A program made the translations under genes and the position numbers. From Podarcis pityusensis (taxonomy: Eukaryota): 64,000 nt of DNA. Positions 62,490-64,000 of this stretch are shown in pieces. Each line of letters opens with the position of its first letter. Position 1 is the first letter of the stretch. The stretch lies in NCBI GenBank assembly GCA_964106645.2, contig OZ067051.1. One strand, 5' to 3'. The notes beneath the pieces were generated by a model. That model was given only the letters and a program-made list of their open reading frames with translations. It was not told the origin of the DNA and ran no database searches.

Positions 62490-62710
62490 CAGTCGTACCT
62501 TGGATCCTGAACGCCTTGGTACTTGGACGTTTTGGCTCCCAAACGCCGCAAACCCGGAAGTGAGTGTTCCGATTTGCAAACGTTCTTTGGAACCCGAACG
62601 TCCGACGGGGCTTCATGCAGCCAATCAGAAGCTGCACTTTTGTTTCTGAACATTTTGAAAGTTGAACAGACTTCTGGACCGGATTCCGTTCGACTTCCAA
62701 GGTACGACTG
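62490..62710. mobile_element. Tc1/mariner-pogo-type MITE, family B
   Basis: TA flanks; perfect TIR cagtcgtaccttgga / tccaaggtacgactg. Confidence 0.9.
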
Positions 62711-64000
62711 TATATTAAAAGACAAGCCAGCTCATGGCTGCCGGCTCACAGTCAAATAGGCACAGCAGAGAAGGAAAAAGGAATGGGGAGGGAAGAGGAA
62801 GGCAAGCATTGGAGCAGCTGTTCTTGCACTGGCTGATGGATGGAGCCAGGATTCGGACTCCAGTGCTGTGATGGTTGTGTGTGCGTGCCGTTGCCCCTCG
62901 GCCTTCTGGTCAGTGGAAGAGACCACTTTAGCTCTGCTGGTTCAGTTCTGAGGAGATGCACCTTGTCGTGTGTGCTGCAGTCTGAAACACAGTAGGGGCA
63001 GATAGAGAGGAGACCATCCACATGGAGTAGATCAACCTTCCCCAACTTGGTTTTCTCTGCATGTTTTGGACCACACTTCCCATCAGAACCTGTTGGGTTT
63101 CCTGAAATCTATTTGGGAGTTTATGCAAGGGGGACATTGCTTCCTTCCCTGCAAGTCCCCAGCATCTGCTGGGTGCCAGTTTCCCAGAACTCTCTGCTGT
63201 GGCTCTTAGCCTTGCGCCGTTGGCATAACTGCAGGAGGTCTAGACTTCGAAGACTTTGCATGAGCCAACATTTGTGTCTGATTAGCGTTATTTACTTTGG
63301 CTGAGGGAGGCTCTGAGCTGCTGCAAGCTTGAGATGTCCTCTGGCGATAGTCGCAGCACCCGTGTGCTCCCAGTATCAAGTGACTGGAATCGCAACTCGG
63401 GCTTCCTGCCCTGTGTATGCTAATTTAGCAGTGTGAGGTCACAGCTATATTTATCTCGGCTATATAAGTCTAACCAAATAACCTGAAGTGCCTGAAGAGT
63501 CACAAACCGAGCCCCGGGTATATACCGAGCAAAACCAAGCAGGCTGCGACCTTTTGTGGCTTGTTGACTAAAATAATATTGTCGTAGTTCTCTGTGTCTG
63601 GGTGACATCCAGCTTAGGTTACTGCATTATATGCTGCTTTCTGAGCCTGCTTGGAAACTTGTAGCTTGTCCAGAATATGGCCCAGCAACTGTGATCCTAT
63701 CGCACCGGTTGAATTGGCACCCTGGCTTTATTCCAGAGCTGTTAACCATGGTTTCCTGGTTTGGATAAAGCAGGGAACCATAGTTTATGCAAAACCCTTG
63801 CAAAATGTGCCTTTGTTTGTGCAGCCAAAAGGCTCGTCTGTATCTCTGCTGAGCCAAGAGATGATAATTGAAACTCGTCTGTTGTGTTGCATGTTACTGG
63901 CATAAAACTGCTTGAAGATCCCTGGTGTTTGGTGTGCTCACCAGTGCTAGGGAGGGCACTATTCTCACAAGGGCTTGTGCCAGCATAGGGCTGGTGGCAG

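Overview
Vertebrate genomic DNA, most likely a squamate (lacertid-like lizard, judged from Sauria-SINE and L1/L2/CR1/RTE/MITE content). The window holds the 5' part of RNF216 (TRIAD3, an RBR E3 ubiquitin ligase) on the + strand. It includes a CpG-island promoter, a probable non-coding exon 1 (donor after 2857) and 12 coding exons (12569-31376). These splice GT-AG in consistent phase into 2058 nt (686 codons), ending inside the IBR domain. I found no later exon by eye, so 31377-64000 is probably one long intron. Introns are rich in transposons, many with readable target-site duplications (TSDs). Most notable: a complete ~1.7-kb ORF-less L1-type retroposon; a twin-primed 5'-inverted L1; an inverted MITE pair around exons 7-13, which would back-splice into a stop-free in-frame 837-nt circle; a retro-insertion splitting the promoter CpG island; duplicated IRF sites and CLEAR-type E-boxes; an in-frame uORF; and several nested insertions. 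I see no prokaryotic-type system, CRISPR array or true RNA gene. Comparisons with human RNF216 are from memory, and repeat family names come from pattern recognition, not database searches.
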